A DNA stretch of 64,000 nt from the human T2T-CHM13v2.0 reference genome, Homo sapiens. Each line of letters starts with the position of its first letter. Position 1 is the stretch's first letter. The notes below the pieces were generated by a model that saw nothing but the letters and a program-made list of their open reading frames with translations, searched no databases and was not told where the DNA came from. The stretch lies in assembly GCF_009914755.1 (NCBI RefSeq), contig NC_060938.1; one strand, 5' to 3'. Both the position numbers and the translations under genes were made by a program. This document shows, piece by piece, positions 1 to 20,246 of the stretch.

Positions 1-310
1 GGACATTTGGAGCACTTTGCAGCCTATGTTAGAAAAGGAAATATCTTCGCATAAAATCTAGACAGAAGCAAACTGAGAAACTTCTTTGTGATGTGCGCAT
101 TCATCTCAGAGAGTGAAACCTTTCTTTTGATTGAGCAGTTCTGAAACTCTTTTTGTTGAATCTGCAAGAGGAAATTGGGAGGGCTTTGAGGCCTAGGGTG
201 GAAAAGGAAATATCTTCACAAAAAACAAGACAGAAGAGTTCTGAGAAACTTTTTTGTGAGGTGTGCGTTCATCTCACAGAGTTGAAGCTTTCTTTTGATT
301 GAGCAGTTTT
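1..310 (+). repeat. Alpha satellite, divergent monomers
   Basis: ~171-bp periodic alphoid motifs (GGAAAAGGAAATATCTTCAC, CTGAGAAACTTCTTTGTGATGTG); runs into an L1 poly(T) at ~310. Confidence 0.97.
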
Positions 311-530
311 TTTTAATTTATTTATTATTATACTTTAAGTTTTAGGGTACAAGTGCACATTGTGCAGGTTAGTTACATATGTATACATGTGCCATGGTGG
401 TGCGCTGCACCCACCAACTCGTCATCTAGCATTAGGTATATCTCCCAATGCTATCCCTCCCCCCTCCCCCACCCCACAACAGTCCCCAGAGTGTGATATT
501 CCCCTTCCTGTGTCCATGTGATCTCATTGT

Positions 531-4354
<3,824 letters not shown>

Positions 4355-4417
4355 TATGATGTTAGCTGGTTATTTTGCTCGTTAGTTGATGCAGTTTCTT
4401 CCTAGTCTCGATGGTCT

Positions 4418-5433
4418 TTACATTTTGGCATGATTTTGCAGTGGCTTGTACCGGTTGTTCCTTTCCATGTTTAGCACTTTCTTCAGGAGCTCTTTTAGGG
4501 CAGGCCTGGTGGTGACAAAATCTCTCAGCATTTGATTGTCTGTAAAGTATTTTATTTCTCCTTCACTTATGAAGCTTAGTTTGGCTGGATATGAAATTCT
4601 GGGTTGAAAATTCTTTTCTTTAAGAATGTTGAATATTGGCCCCCACTCTCTTCCGGCTTGTAGGCTTTCTGCTGAGAGATCCGCTGTTAGTCTGATGGGC
4701 TTCCCTTTGAGGGTAACCCGACCTTTCTCTCTGGCTGCCCTTAACATTTTTTCCTTCATTTCAACTTTGGTGAATCTGACAATTATGTTCTTGAAGTTGC
4801 TCTTCTCGAGGAGTATCTCTGTGGTGTTCTCTGTATTTCCTGAATCTGAACGTTGGCCTGCCTTGCTAGATTGGGGAAGTTCTCCTGGATAATATCCTGC
4901 AGAGTGTTTTCCAACTTGGTTCCATTCTCCCCATCACTTTCAGGTACACCAATCAGACGTAGATTTGGTCTTTTCACATAGTCCCATGTTTCTTGGAGGC
5001 TTTGTTCATTTCTTTTTATGCTTTTTTCTCTAAACTTCCTTTCTCGCTTCATTTCATTCATTTCATCTTCCATCGCTGATACCCTTTCTTCCAGTTGATG
5101 GCATCGGCTCCTGAGGCTTCTGCATTCTTCACGTAGTTCTCGAGCCTTGGTTTTCAGCTCCATCAGCTCCTTTAAGCACTTCTCTGTATTGGTTATTCTA
5201 ATTATACATTCTTCTAAATTTTTTTCAGAGTTTTCAACCTCTTTGCCTTTGGTTTGAATGTCCTCCCATAGCTCAGAGTAATTTGATTATCTGAAGGTTT
5301 CTTCTCTCAGCTCGTCAAAGTCATTTTCCATCCAGCTTTGTTCCGTTGCTGGTGAGGAACTGTGTTTCTTTTGAGGAGGAGAGGCACTCTGCTTTTTAGA
5401 GTTTCCAGTTTTTCTGTTCTGTTTTTTCCCCAC
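4418..5433 (-). pseudogene. Disrupted L1 ORF1
   Basis: Fragments 4783-5163 (coiled coil, RPNLRLIGVPE) and 4418-4759 (…QNHAKM*); start codon reads GTG at 5431-5433; frameshift near 4790. Confidence 0.93.
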
Positions 5434-5559
5434 CTTTGTGCTTTTATCTACTTTTGGAGTTTGATGATGGTGATGTACAGATGGGTTTTTGTTGTGGATG
5501 TCCTTTCTGTTTGTTAGTTCTCCTTCTAACAGACAGGTCCCTCAGCTGCAGGTCTGTTC

Positions 5560-8500
5560 CAGTTTTGAAACATTCTTTTTGTAGAATCTGCAAGTGGACA
5601 TTTGGAGTGCATTGCAACCTATGGTAGCAAAGGAAATATCTTCACATAAAATCTAGACAGAAGCAACCTGAGAAACCTCTTTGTGATGTGTGCATTCATG
5701 TCATAGAGTTAAACATTTCTTTTGATGGAGCAGTTTTGAAACTCTCTTTTTGTAGCTCCTGCAAGTGGATATTTGGAGCGCTTTGAGGCCTACGGTGGAA
5801 AAGGAAATACCTTCACATAAAAACTAGAGAGAAGAATTCTGAGAAACTTCTTTGTGATTTGTACATTCATCTCACAGAGTTGAAACTTTCTTTTGATGGA
5901 GCAGTTTTGAAACTCTTTTTGTAGAATCTGCAAGTGGACGTTTGGAGTGCTTTGAAGCCTATGGTGTAAAAGGAAATATCTTCACATAAAAACCAGATAG
6001 AAGCTTTCTGAGAAACTTCTTTGTGATATATGCATTCATGTCCCTGACTTGAGCATTTTTTTTTGAAGGACCAGTTTTGAAATACTCTTTTTGTAGAATC
6101 TGCAAGTGGACATTTCGAGTGTCTTGAGGCCTATGGTGGAAAAGAAAATATCTTCACATAAAAACTGGACAGAAGCATTCTGAGAAACCTCTTTGTGATG
6201 TGTACATTCATATCTCAAAGTTTAATCTTTCTTATGAAGGATCAGTTTTGAAATCCTCTTTTTGAAGGATCTGCAAGAGGACATTTTGTGCGCCTTGAGG
6301 CCTATGCTGGAAAAGGAAATATCTTCACATAAAATCTAGACAGAAGCAATCTGAGAAAATTCTTTCTGATGTGTGCATTCATCTCACAGAGTTAAACCTT
6401 TCTTTTGATTAAGCAGTTTTGAAACTCTTTTTGTAGAATCTGCAAGTGGACATTTGGAGTGCTTCACAGCCTACGATAGAAAAAGAAATATCTTCACATA
6501 AAATCTAGACAGAAGCCATCTGAGAAATTTCTTTGTGATGTTTGCATTCATCTCATAGAGTTAAAATTTTCTTTGAATGAGCAGTTTTGAAACTCTCTTT
6601 TGTAGAATCTGCAAGTGGACATTTGGAGTGCTTTGAGACCTATGATAGGAAAGGATATATCTTCACATAAAATCTAGACAGAAGCAATCTGAGAAACTAC
6701 ACTCTGATGTATGTATTCATGTCACAGAGTTAAACCTTTCTTTTAATTGAGCAGTTTTTTTTTTAGAATCTGCTAGTGGACGTTTAAGGCGCTTTGAGGT
6801 CTATGACGAAAAATGGAAATATCTTCACCTAAAAACTAAACAGAAGGTTTCTGAGAAACTTCTTTTTGATGTGTACGTTCATCTCACAGAGTTGAACCTT
6901 TCTTTTATTGAGCAGTTTGGAAACACTCTTTTTGCAGAATCTGCAAGAGTATATTTGGAGAGTTTTGAGGCCTATGGAGGAAAAGAAATATCTTCAGAAA
7001 AAAACTATTTAGAAACATTCTGAGAAACTTCTTTGTGATGTGTGCATTCATTTCCCAGAATTCAACATTTCTTTTTATGGACCAGTATTGAAATAATCTT
7101 TTTGTTGGATCTGCAAGTGGACATTTGGAGCGCCTTGGGGCCTATGGTGGAAAATGAAATATCTTCACATAATAACTAGACAGAATAAATCCAGGAAACT
7201 TCAACTGTGATGTGTACATTCATCCCACAGAGTTGAACTTTTCTTTTGATTGAGAAGTTTGGAAACACTCTTTTGGAGAATCTGCAAGTGGAAAATTTGT
7301 ACGCTTTGCAGTCAATGGTAGAAACGGAATAATCTTCAATTAAAATCTACACAGAAGCAATCTGAGAAACTTCTTTGTGACATGTGCATTCATCTCACAG
7401 AGTTAAACCTTTCTTTTGATTCAGCAGTTTTGCGCTCTCTTTTTATATAATATGCAAGTGGACTTTTGAACAGATATGAGGCCTACGGTGGAAAAGGAAA
7501 TATCTTCACATAAAAACTAGAAAGAAGAATTCTGAGATACTTCTTTGTGATGCATGTGTTCATCTCACAGATTAGAACCTTTGTTTAGATTGATTAGTTT
7601 GGAAACACTCTTTTTGTAAAATCTACAAGTGGACATTTGGAGCCCTTTGCGGCCTAAGGTAGAAAAGAAATATCTTCACATAAAATCTAGACAGAAGCAA
7701 TCTGAGAAACTTCTTTGTGATGAGTGCATTCATCTCACAGAGTTAAACCTTTCTTTGGATTGAGCAGTTTTGAAATTCTCTTTTTGTAGAATCTGCAAGT
7801 GAACATTTGGTGGGCTTTGAGGCCTTTGGTGGAAAAGAAAATCTTTATATTAAATTTAGACAGAAGAATTCTGAGAAACTACTTTGTGATTTGTGCATTC
7901 ATCTCACAGAGTTGAATCTTTCTTTTGATTGAGCAATTTGGAAACAATCATTTGTAGGATCTGCAAATGGACATTTGGAGCACTTTGCGGCCTGTGGTAG
8001 AAAAGGAAATATCTTCACATAAAATCTAGAAAGAAGCAATCTGAGAAACTTCTTTCTGATGTGTGCATTCATGTCACAGAGTTAAAACTTTCTTTATATT
8101 GAGCAGTTTTGAACATCTCTTTTTGCAGAATCTGCAAGTGGATATTTAGAGCGATTTGATACCTATGGTGGAAAAGAAAATATCTTCACAAAAAAACTAG
8201 ACAGAACAATTCTGAAAAACTACTTTGTGATGTGTGCGTTCATCTCACAGAGTTCAAAGTTCCTTTTGATGGAGCATTTTGGAAACACTCATTTTCTAGA
8301 ATCTTCAGCTGGACATTAGGAGGGCTTTGAGGCCTATGGTGAAAAAGGAAATATCTTCACATGAAAACTAGAGAGAAGAATTCTGTGAAAGTTCTTTTGT
8401 TGTGGGTGTTCATCTCACACAGATGAACCTTCTTTTAATTGAGCAGTTTGGAGACTCTCCTTCTTTAGAATCTGTAAGTGGACATTTGGAGCCCTTTGTG

Positions 8501-11500
8501 GCCTATGGTAGAAAAGGAAGTATCTTCATATAAATCTCTGCCGAAACAACCAGATAAACTTCTTTGTGATGTGTGCATTCATCTGACAGAGTTGAACCTT
8601 TCTTTTGATTGAGCAGTTTGGAAACTCTCTTTTTGTAGAATCTGCAAGTGGACATTTTGAGGGCTTTGAGGACTAAGGTGGAAAAGGAAATATCTTCAGA
8701 TAAAAACTAGACAGAAGGACTCTGAAAATCTTCTTTGTGATATGTGCGTTCATCTCACAGAGTTGAACATTTCTTTTGATTGAGCAGTTTGGAAACACAC
8801 TTTTTGTAGAATCTGCCAGTGTACATTTGGAGTGCTTGGCAGCCTATAGTAGAAAGGGAAATATCTTTATCTTATGTCTAGACAGAAGCAGTCTGAGAAA
8901 CTTCTTTGTGATGTGTGCATTCATCTCCAAGAGCCGAACCTTCCTTTTGATGTATCAGTTTTGAAATACTCTCTTTGTAGAATCTGCAAGTGGACATTTG
9001 GAACGCCTTGGGGCCTATGGTAGAAAAGGATATATCTTCATTTAAAATCTAGACAGAAGCAATCTGAGAAACTTCTTTGTGATGTAAGCATTCATCTGAC
9101 AGAGTTAAACCTTTCTTTTGATTGAGCAGTTTGGAAACTCTTGTTTTGTAGAACCTGCACGTGGACATTTGGAGCACTTTGAGTCCTATGATGGAAAAAG
9201 AAATATTCTCACATAAAAACTAGACAGAATAATTCTGAGAAACTTCTTTTTGATGCGTGTGTTTATCTCAAAGAGTTGAGCCTTTCTTTTGATTGAGGAG
9301 TTTGGAAACACTTTATTTTGTAGAATCTGCAAGTAGACATTTGGAGCTTTTTGCAGCCTATGGTAGAAAAGGAAATATCTACACATAAAATCTAGAGAGA
9401 AGCTATCTGAAAATCTTTGTGATGCATGCATTCATATTCCAGAGTAAAACCTTTCTTTTGATTCAGCAGTTTTGAAACTCTCTTTTTGTGTAATCTGCAA
9501 GTGGACATTTGGAGGGCTTTGAGGCCGATGGTGGAAAAGGAAATATCTTCAAAAATAAACTAGACATAAGCATTCTGAATAACTTCTTCATGATGTGTGC
9601 ATTCATCTCCCAGAGTTGAACCTCTCTTTTAATGGACCAGTTTTGAAATACTCTTTTTGTAGAATCTGCAAGAGGACATTTCTTGCACCTTGAGGCCTCT
9701 AGAGGGAAAAGAAATACTTTCACATAAAAACGAGACAGAAGAATTCTGAGAAACTTCTTTGTGATTTGTGTGTTCATATCACAGAGGTGAACCTTTCTTT
9801 TGATTGAGCAGTTTGGAAACACTCTTTTTGTAGAATCTGCCAGTGGACATATGGTGCGCTTTGAGGCTTATGGTAGAAAAGGAAATCTCTTCACAGTAAA
9901 TCCAGACAGAAGCAATCTGAGAAACATCTTTGTGATGTGTGCATTAATCTCACAGAGTGAAAACTTACTTTCGATGGAGTAGTTTTGAAACTCTATTTTT
10001 GTAGAATCTGCAAACTGACATTGGGAGTGCTTTGAGGCCTACAGTGGAAAAGGAAATATGTTCACATAAAAACTAGACAGAAGCATTCTGAGGAACTTGT
10101 TTGTGATGTGTGCATTCATCTCAAAGAGTTGAAACTTTCTTTTGATGGACCAGGTTTGAAATACTCCTTTTGTGGAATCTGCCAGGGGGCATTTCGAGCA
10201 CCTTGAGGCCTACGGTGGAAAGTGAAATATCTTCATATAAAATCTTGACAGAAGCAATCTTAGAAACTTCTCTGTGATGTGTGCATTCATCTCACTAAGT
10301 GAAACCTTTCTTTTGATTGAGCAGTTTTGAAACTCTCTTTTTGTTGAATCTGCAGTTGGACACTGGGAGCGCTTTGAGGCCTAAGTTGGAAAAGGAAATA
10401 GCTTCACATAAAAACTAGACAGAAGAATTCTGAGAAACTTCTTTGTAATGTGTGCGTTCATCTCACAGAGGTGAACTTTTCTTTTGATAGAGCAGTTTCG
10501 AAGCACTCTTTTTTTAGAATCTGCAAGTGAACATTTTGAGCGATTTGTGGCCTATGGTAAAAAGAATGAAATATCTTAACATAAAATCTACACGGAATCA
10601 ATCTGAGAAACTTCTTTGTGATGTGGGCATTCATCTCACATAGTTGAGTCTTTCTTTTGATGGAGCAGTTTTGAAACTCTCTTTTTGTAGAATCTGCAAG
10701 TGGACATTTGAAGCACTTTTTGGCCTATGTTAAAAAAGGAAATATCTTCACATAAAATCTAGACCGAAGCAATTTGAGAAACTTCTTTTTGATGTGTGCA
10801 TTCACCTCACAGAATTAAACCTTTCTTTTGATTGAGCCGTTTTGAAACTCTCTTTCTGTAGGATCTGCAAGTGGACACTTGGAGCGCTTTGAGGCCTATG
10901 TTGGAGTAGGAAGTATCTTCACATAAAAACTAGACAGAAGAATGGTGAGAAACTGCTTTGTGATGTGTACGTTTATATCACAGAGCTGAACCTTTCTTTT
11001 GATTATGCAGTTTGGAAACACTCTTTGTAGAATCTGGAAGTGGATATTTGGAGCGCTTAGCAGGCTATGGTAGAAAAGGAAATATCTTCCCATAAAATCT
11101 AGACACAAGCAATCTGAAAAACTTTGTGGTGTGTGCTTTCATCTCACAGTGTTAAAACTTTGTGTTGATTGAGCAGTTTTGAAACCCTCTTTTTGTAGAA
11201 TCTGCAAGTGGGTATTTGGAGTGCTTTGAGGCCTATGTTGAAAAAGGAAATATCTTCACATAAAAACTACATAGAAACATTCTGAGAAACGTCTTTGTAA
11301 TGTGTGCCTTCATCTCCCAGAGTTGAAACTTTCTTTTGATGAACTAGTTTTGAGGTACTCTTTTTGTAGAATCTGCAACTGGACATTTCTAGTGCCTTGA
11401 GGACTATGGTGGAAAATGAAATATCTTCACATAAAAACTAAACAGAAGAACTCTGAGAAACTTCTTTGTGATGGGTGCATTTATCTCACAGATTTGAAGC

Positions 11501-12340
11501 TTTCTTTAGATGGAGCAGTTTGGAAACCATCTTTTTGCAGAATCTGCAAGTGGACATTTGGAGCGCTTTGTGGCTTATGGTAGAAAAGGAAATATCTTCA
11601 CATAAAATCTAGACAGAAACAATCTCAGAAACTTCTTTGTGATGTGTGCATTTATCTCACAGAGTTAAACCTTTCTTTTGAATGAGCAGATTGGAAACAC
11701 TCTTTTTGTAGTATCTGCAGTTGGACATTTGGAACACTTTGTGGCCTATGGTAGAAAAGGAAATACCTTCACATACAATCCAGACAGAAGTAATCTGGGA
11801 AACTTCTTTGTGATATGTGCTTTCATCTCACAGAGTTGAACTTTTCTTTTGATTGAACAGTTTGGAAACTGCATGTAGACACTTGGAGCGATTTGCCGCC
11901 TATGGCAGAAAAGGAAATATCTTCACATAAAATCTAGACAGAGGCAATCTGAGAAACTTTTTATGATGTGTGCATTCATCTCAGAGAGTTAAACATTTCT
12001 TTTGATTGAGGTGTTTTGAAACTCTGTTTGTAGAATCTGCAATTGGACATTTGGAGCGATTTGAAGCCTATAGTGGGAAAGGAAATATCTCCACATAAAA
12101 ACTAGACGGAAGAATTCTTAGAAACTTCTTTGTGATGTGGGCGTTCATCTCACAAAGTTGAAGCTTTCTTTTGATTGAGCAGCTTGGAAACACTCTTTTT
12201 GTAGAATCTGCAAGTGCACATTTGGAGCGCTTTGGGGCCTATGGTAGAAAAGGAAATATCTTCACATAAAATCTAAACAGAAGCAATCTGAGTAACTTCT
12301 TTGTGATGTGTGCATTCATCTCACAGAATTGAACCTTTTC
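5560..12340 (+). repeat. Alpha satellite, divergent, with residual dimeric alternation (layer X)
   Basis: Monomers largely alternate AAATCTAGACAGAAGCAATCTG and AAAACTAGACAGAAGAATTCTG; no TTCG-containing CENP-B box seen. Confidence 0.97.
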
Positions 12341-14642
<2,302 letters not shown>

Positions 14643-17600
14643 ACTTTCTTTCGATTCAGCAGTTTGGAAACACTCTTTTTCTAGATTCTGCAAGTGGACT
14701 TTTGGAGCGCTTTGCGGCCTATATAGAAAAGGAAATATCTTCACATAAAATCTATACAGAAGCATTCTGAGAAACTTCTTTGAGATGTGTGCATTCATCA
14801 CACAGAGTTAAACCTTTCTTTTGATTGAGCAGTTTTGAAATTCTCTTTCTGTAGAATCTGCAAGTGGATATTCGGAGCGCTTTGAGGTCTATGGTGGAAA
14901 AGGAAATATCGTCACATAAATACTAGACAGAAGAATTCTGAGAAACTTCCTTGTGATGTGTGCGTTCATGTCACGGAGTTGAACCTTACTTTTGATAGAG
15001 CAGTTTGGAAACACTCTTTTTGTAGAATCTGCAAGTGGACATTTGGAGCACCTTGTGGCCTATGTTAGAAAAGGAAATACCTTCACATAAAATCTAGACA
15101 GAAGCAATCTGAGAAACTACTTTGTGATGTGTGCACTTATGTCACAGTGTTAAATATTTCTTTTCATTGAGGAGTTTTCAGGCTCTCTTTCTGTAGAATA
15201 TGCAAGTGGACATTTGAAGTGCTTTGAGGACTATGGTGGAAAAGGAAATATCTTCACATAAATACTATATAAAAGAATTCTGAGAAACTTCCCTGTTAAT
15301 TGTAGGTACATCTCACCGAGTTGAACCTTTCTTTTGATTCAGCATTTTTGAAACATTCTTTTAGCAGATTCTGCAAGTGGACATTTAGAGCGCTTTGCGG
15401 CCTATGTCAGAAAAGGTAAGATCTTCACATAACATCTAGACAGAAGCAATCTGAGAAACTCCTTTGTGATGTGTGCGTTAACCTCAGAGAGTTAAAACTT
15501 TCCTTTGATTGAGGAGATTCAAAGCTCTCTTTTTGTAGAGTCTGCAAGTAGACATTTGGAACGATTTGAGGACCATGGTGGAAAAGGAAATATCTTAACA
15601 TAAAAACTAGGCAGAAGAATTGTGAGAAAATTCTTTGTGATGTGTGCATTCATCTGACAGAGTAGAACTTTCCTTTGACTGAGCAGTTCGGAAACACTCT
15701 TTTTGTAGAATCTGCAATTGGATATGTGGAGTGCTTTGCAGCCTATGGTAGTAAAAAAAAATTCTTCACATAAAATCTAGGCAGAAACAATATGAGAAAC
15801 TTCTTTGAGATGTGTGCATTCAATTCACAGAGTTAAACCTTTTTTTTTATTGAGAAGTTTGGAAACTCTCTTTTTGAAGAAGCCACAAGCAGACATTTGG
15901 AGTACTTTGAGGTGTATGGTGGAAAAGGAAATATCTTAACATAAAAACAAGACAGAAGAATTCTGAGAAACCGCTTTGTGTTGTGTGCATTCCTCTCATG
16001 GAGTTGAAACTTTCTTTTTATTGAGCAGTATGCAGACACTATTTTTGTAGAATTCGCAAGTGGACATTTGGAGTGCTTTGAGGCCATGGTGGAAAAGGAA
16101 ATATCTTAAAATAAAAAATGGGCAGAAGAATTCTGAGAAACTCCTTTGTGATGTGTGCGTTCATCTCACAAAGTTGAACCTTTCCTTCAATTGAGCAATT
16201 TGGAAACACTCTTTTTGTAGAATCTGCAACTGGAAGTTTGGAGTGCTTTGTGGCCTATGGTAGAAAAGGAAAAATCTTCACGTAAAACCTAGACAGTAGC
16301 AATGTGAGAAACTTCTTTGAGATGTGTGCATTCATCCCACAGAGTTAAACCTTTCTTTTGATTGAGCAGTTTTGAAACTCTCTTTTTGTAGAATCTGCAA
16401 GTGGACATTTGGAGTACTTGGAGGCCTGTGGTGGAAAAGGAAATATCTTCATATAAAAACTAGAGAGAAGAATTCTGAGAAACCTCTTTGTGATGTGTGC
16501 ATTTATCTCATGGAGTTGAATCTTTCTTTTGATTGAGCAGAATGGAAACAATGTTTTTGTAGAATCTTCAAGTGCATATTTGGAGTGCTTTTTGGCCTAT
16601 GGCAGAAAAGGAAATATCTTCAAATAAAATCTAGACAAAAGCAATCTGGGAAACTTCTTTGTGATGTGTGTATTCATCTCACAGAGTTAAACCTTTCTTT
16701 TGATTGAGCAGTTTTGAAATTCTCTTTCTGTAGGATCTGCAAGTGGACATTTGGAGCACTTTGAGGTCTATTGTAGAAAAGGAAATATCTTCACATAAAT
16801 ACTAGAGAGAAGAATTCTTAGAAACTTCTTTGTGATGTGTGCGTTTATCTCACAGAGTTGAACCTTTCTTTTGATAGAGAAGTTTGGAAACACTCTTTCT
16901 GTAGAATCTGCAAGTGGACATTTGGTTCACCTTTTGGCCTGGGTTAGAAAAGTAAATACCTTCACATAAAATCTAGACAGAAGTGATCTGAGAAACTAAT
17001 TTGTGATGTGTACATTCACCTCACAGTGTTAAATATTTCTTTCCATTGAGGAGTTTTCAGGCTCTCTTTCTGTAGAATATGCAAGTGGACATTTGAAGTG
17101 CTTTGAGGACTATGGTGGAAAACGAAATATTTTCACATAAAAACTAGACAGAAGAATTCTGAGAAACTTCACTGTTATGTGTAGGTACATCTCACCGAGT
17201 TGAAACTTTCTTTTGATTCAGCATTTTGGAAACAATCTTTTAGTAGATTCTGCAAGTGGACATTTGGAGCGCTTTACGGCCTATGTCAGAAAAGGTAAGA
17301 TCCTCACATAAAATCTAGACAGAAGCAATCTGAGAAACTCCTTTGTGATGTGTGCATTAACCTCAAAGAGTTAAAACTTTCCTTTGATTGAGGAGATTCA
17401 AAGCTCTCTTTTTGTAGAGTCTGCAAGTTTACATTTGGAGCGCTTTGAGGACCATGGTGGAAAAGGAAATAACATAAAAACTAGGCAGAAGAATTCTGAG
17501 AAACTTCTTGGTGATGTGTGCATTATCTCGCAGAGTAGAACCTTTCCTTTGACTGAGCAGTTTGGAAACACTCTTTTTGTAGAATCTGCTATTAGACATT

Positions 17601-20242
17601 TGGAGCGCTTTGCAGCCTATGGTAGTAAAAAAGAAAATCTTCACAAAAAATCTAGACAGAAGCAATCTGAGAAACTTCTTTGAGATATGTGCACTCAACT
17701 TACATAATTAAACCTTTTTTTTTATTGTGCATTTTGCAAACTCTCTTTTTGTAGAAGCCACAAGCAGACATTTGGAGTACTTTGTGGTGTATGGTTGAAA
17801 AGGAAATATCTTCACATAAAAAAAAGACAGAAGAATTCTGAGGAATGGCTTTGTGATGTGTGCATTCCTCTCACGGAGTTGAAACTTTCTTTTTATTGAG
17901 CAGTATGGAGACACTGTTTTTGTAGAATCTGTAAGTGGACATTTGGAGGGCTTTGAGGCCCATGGTGGAAAAGGAAATATCAAATAAAAAATAGGCAGAA
18001 GAATTCTGAGAAACTTGTTTGTGATGTGTCCATTCATCTCACAAAGTTCAACCTTTCCTTTGATTGAGCAGTTAGGAAACACTCTTTTTGTAGAATCTGT
18101 AATTGGATATTTGGAGAGCTTTGCAGCCTATGGTATAAAAGGAAAAATCTTCACATAAAATCTAGACAGAAGCAATCTGAGAAACTTTTTTGAGATGTGT
18201 GCATTCATCCCAGAGAGTTAAACCTTTCTTTTGATTGAGCAGTTTTGAAACTCTCTTTTTGTAGAATCTGCAAGTGGACATTTGGAGTACTTGGAGGCCT
18301 ATGGTGGAAAAGGAAATATCTTCACATAAAAAATAGGCAGAAGAATTCTGAGAAACTTCTTTGTGATGTGTGTGTTCATCCCACAAAGTTGAACCTTTAT
18401 TTTCTTGAGCAGTATGGAAACAGTCTTTTTGTCAAAGCTGCTAGTGGACTTGTGGAGAGCTTTGCAGTTTATTGAATAAAAGAAATATCTTCACATTAAA
18501 TCAAGACAGAAGCAATCTGAGAAACTACTTTGTGATGTGTGCATTCATCTCACAGAGTTAAAATTGTCTTTTTATTGAGCAATTTTGAAACTCTCTTTTT
18601 GAAGAATCAGCAAGTAGACGTTTGGAGTGCCTTGAGGCCTATGATGGAAAAGGAAATATCTTCACATAAAAACTAGACAGATTTCTGAGAAACTTCTTTC
18701 TGATGTGTGCATTTACCTCAAAAATTTAAACATTTCTTTTGATTGGGAGTTTTGAAACTCTCTTTTTGTAGAATCTGCAAATGGACATTTGGAGAGCTTG
18801 GACACCTATGGTGGAAAAAGAAATATCTTCAAATAAAAACTAGGTAGAAGAATCCTGAGAAACTTCTTTGTGATGTGTGTGATCGTTTTTAGGCCTATGG
18901 TGGAAAAGGAAATATCTTCACATAAAAACTAGACAGAAGATTTCTGAGAAACTTCTTTGTGATGCTGGCGTTCATCTCACACAGTTGAATCTTTCTTTTG
19001 ATTTAGCAGTTTATAAACACTCTTTTTGTAGATTCTGCAAGTGGACATTTGGAGCACCTTCCGGCCTACGTTAGAAAAGGAAATATCTTCACATAAAATC
19101 TAGACAGAAGTAATCTGAGAAACTTCTTAGTGAAGTGTTCATTCACCTCAAAGAGTTAAACCTTCTTTTGATTGAGGAGTTTCGAAACTCTCCTTTCATA
19201 GAATCTGCAAGTGGACATTTGGAGGGCTTTGAGGACCATTGTGGAAAAGGAAATATCTTCACATAAAGACTAGACAGAAGAATTCTGAAAAACTTATTTG
19301 TGATGTGTGCATTCATCTCACAGAGTTAAATATTTCTTTTGATTGAGGAATTTTGAAACTCTCTTTTTGTAGAATCTGAAATTGCATATTTTGAGCGCTT
19401 TGAGGCCTATAGTGGGAAAGGAAATATCTTCACATAAAAACTAGACAGAAGAATTCTGAGAAACTTCTTTGTGATGTGTGCATTCATCTCACAGAGTTGA
19501 AACTTCCTTTTGATTGAGCAGTTTGGAAATACTCTTTTTGTAGAATCTGCAAATGGACATTTTGTGTGCTTTGCGGCCTATGTTATAAGAGAAAATATCT
19601 TCACAAAAAATCTAGACCGAAGCAATCTGAGAAACTACTTTGTAATGTGTGCATTCGTCTCACAGAGTTAAACCTTTCTTTTGATTGAGCAGTTTGGAAA
19701 CTTTTTTTTTTGTAGAATCTGCAAGTGCACATTTGGAGTGCTTTGAAGCCTATGGTGGAAAAGGAACTATATTCACATAAAAACTGGACAGAAGAATTCT
19801 GAGAAACTTCGCTTTGATGCGTGCGTTCATCTCACCGAGTTGATCCTTTCTTTTGATTCAGCAGTTTGGAAACACTCTTTTTGTAGAATCTGCATGTGGG
19901 CATTTGGAACGCTTTGCTGCCTATCTTAGAAAAGGAAATATCTTCACATAGAATGTAGACAGAAGCAATCTGAGAAACTTCTTTGTGATGTGTGAATTCA
20001 TCTCACAGAGTTAAACCTCTCATTTGTTTAATCAGTTTTTTAACTCTCTTTTTGTATAATCTGCAAGTGGACATTTGGAGCGCTTTGAGGCCTATAGTGG
20101 AAAAGGAAACATCTTCACCTAAAAACTAGACAGAAGAATTCTGAGAAACTTCTTTGTGATGTGTGTGTTCATCTCACAGAGTTGAGCATTCTTTTGAATG
20201 AGAAGTTTGGAAACAATCTTTTTGTGGAGTCTGCAGGTGGAC
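14643..20242 (+). repeat. Alpha satellite, layer X, containing an ~1.88-kb (11-monomer) duplication
   Basis: 171-bp periodicity; shared rare variants at an offset of 1873-1879. Confidence 0.97.
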
Positions 20243-20246
20243 TGTC

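Noticed and set aside
5545-5566. L1 5' end falls next to the known 5'UTR splice acceptor ~120 nt upstream of ORF1, suggesting a spliced integrant
   Set aside because: The element retains intronic AACAG upstream of the acceptor and lacks the upstream exon sequence, so this is ordinary truncation.
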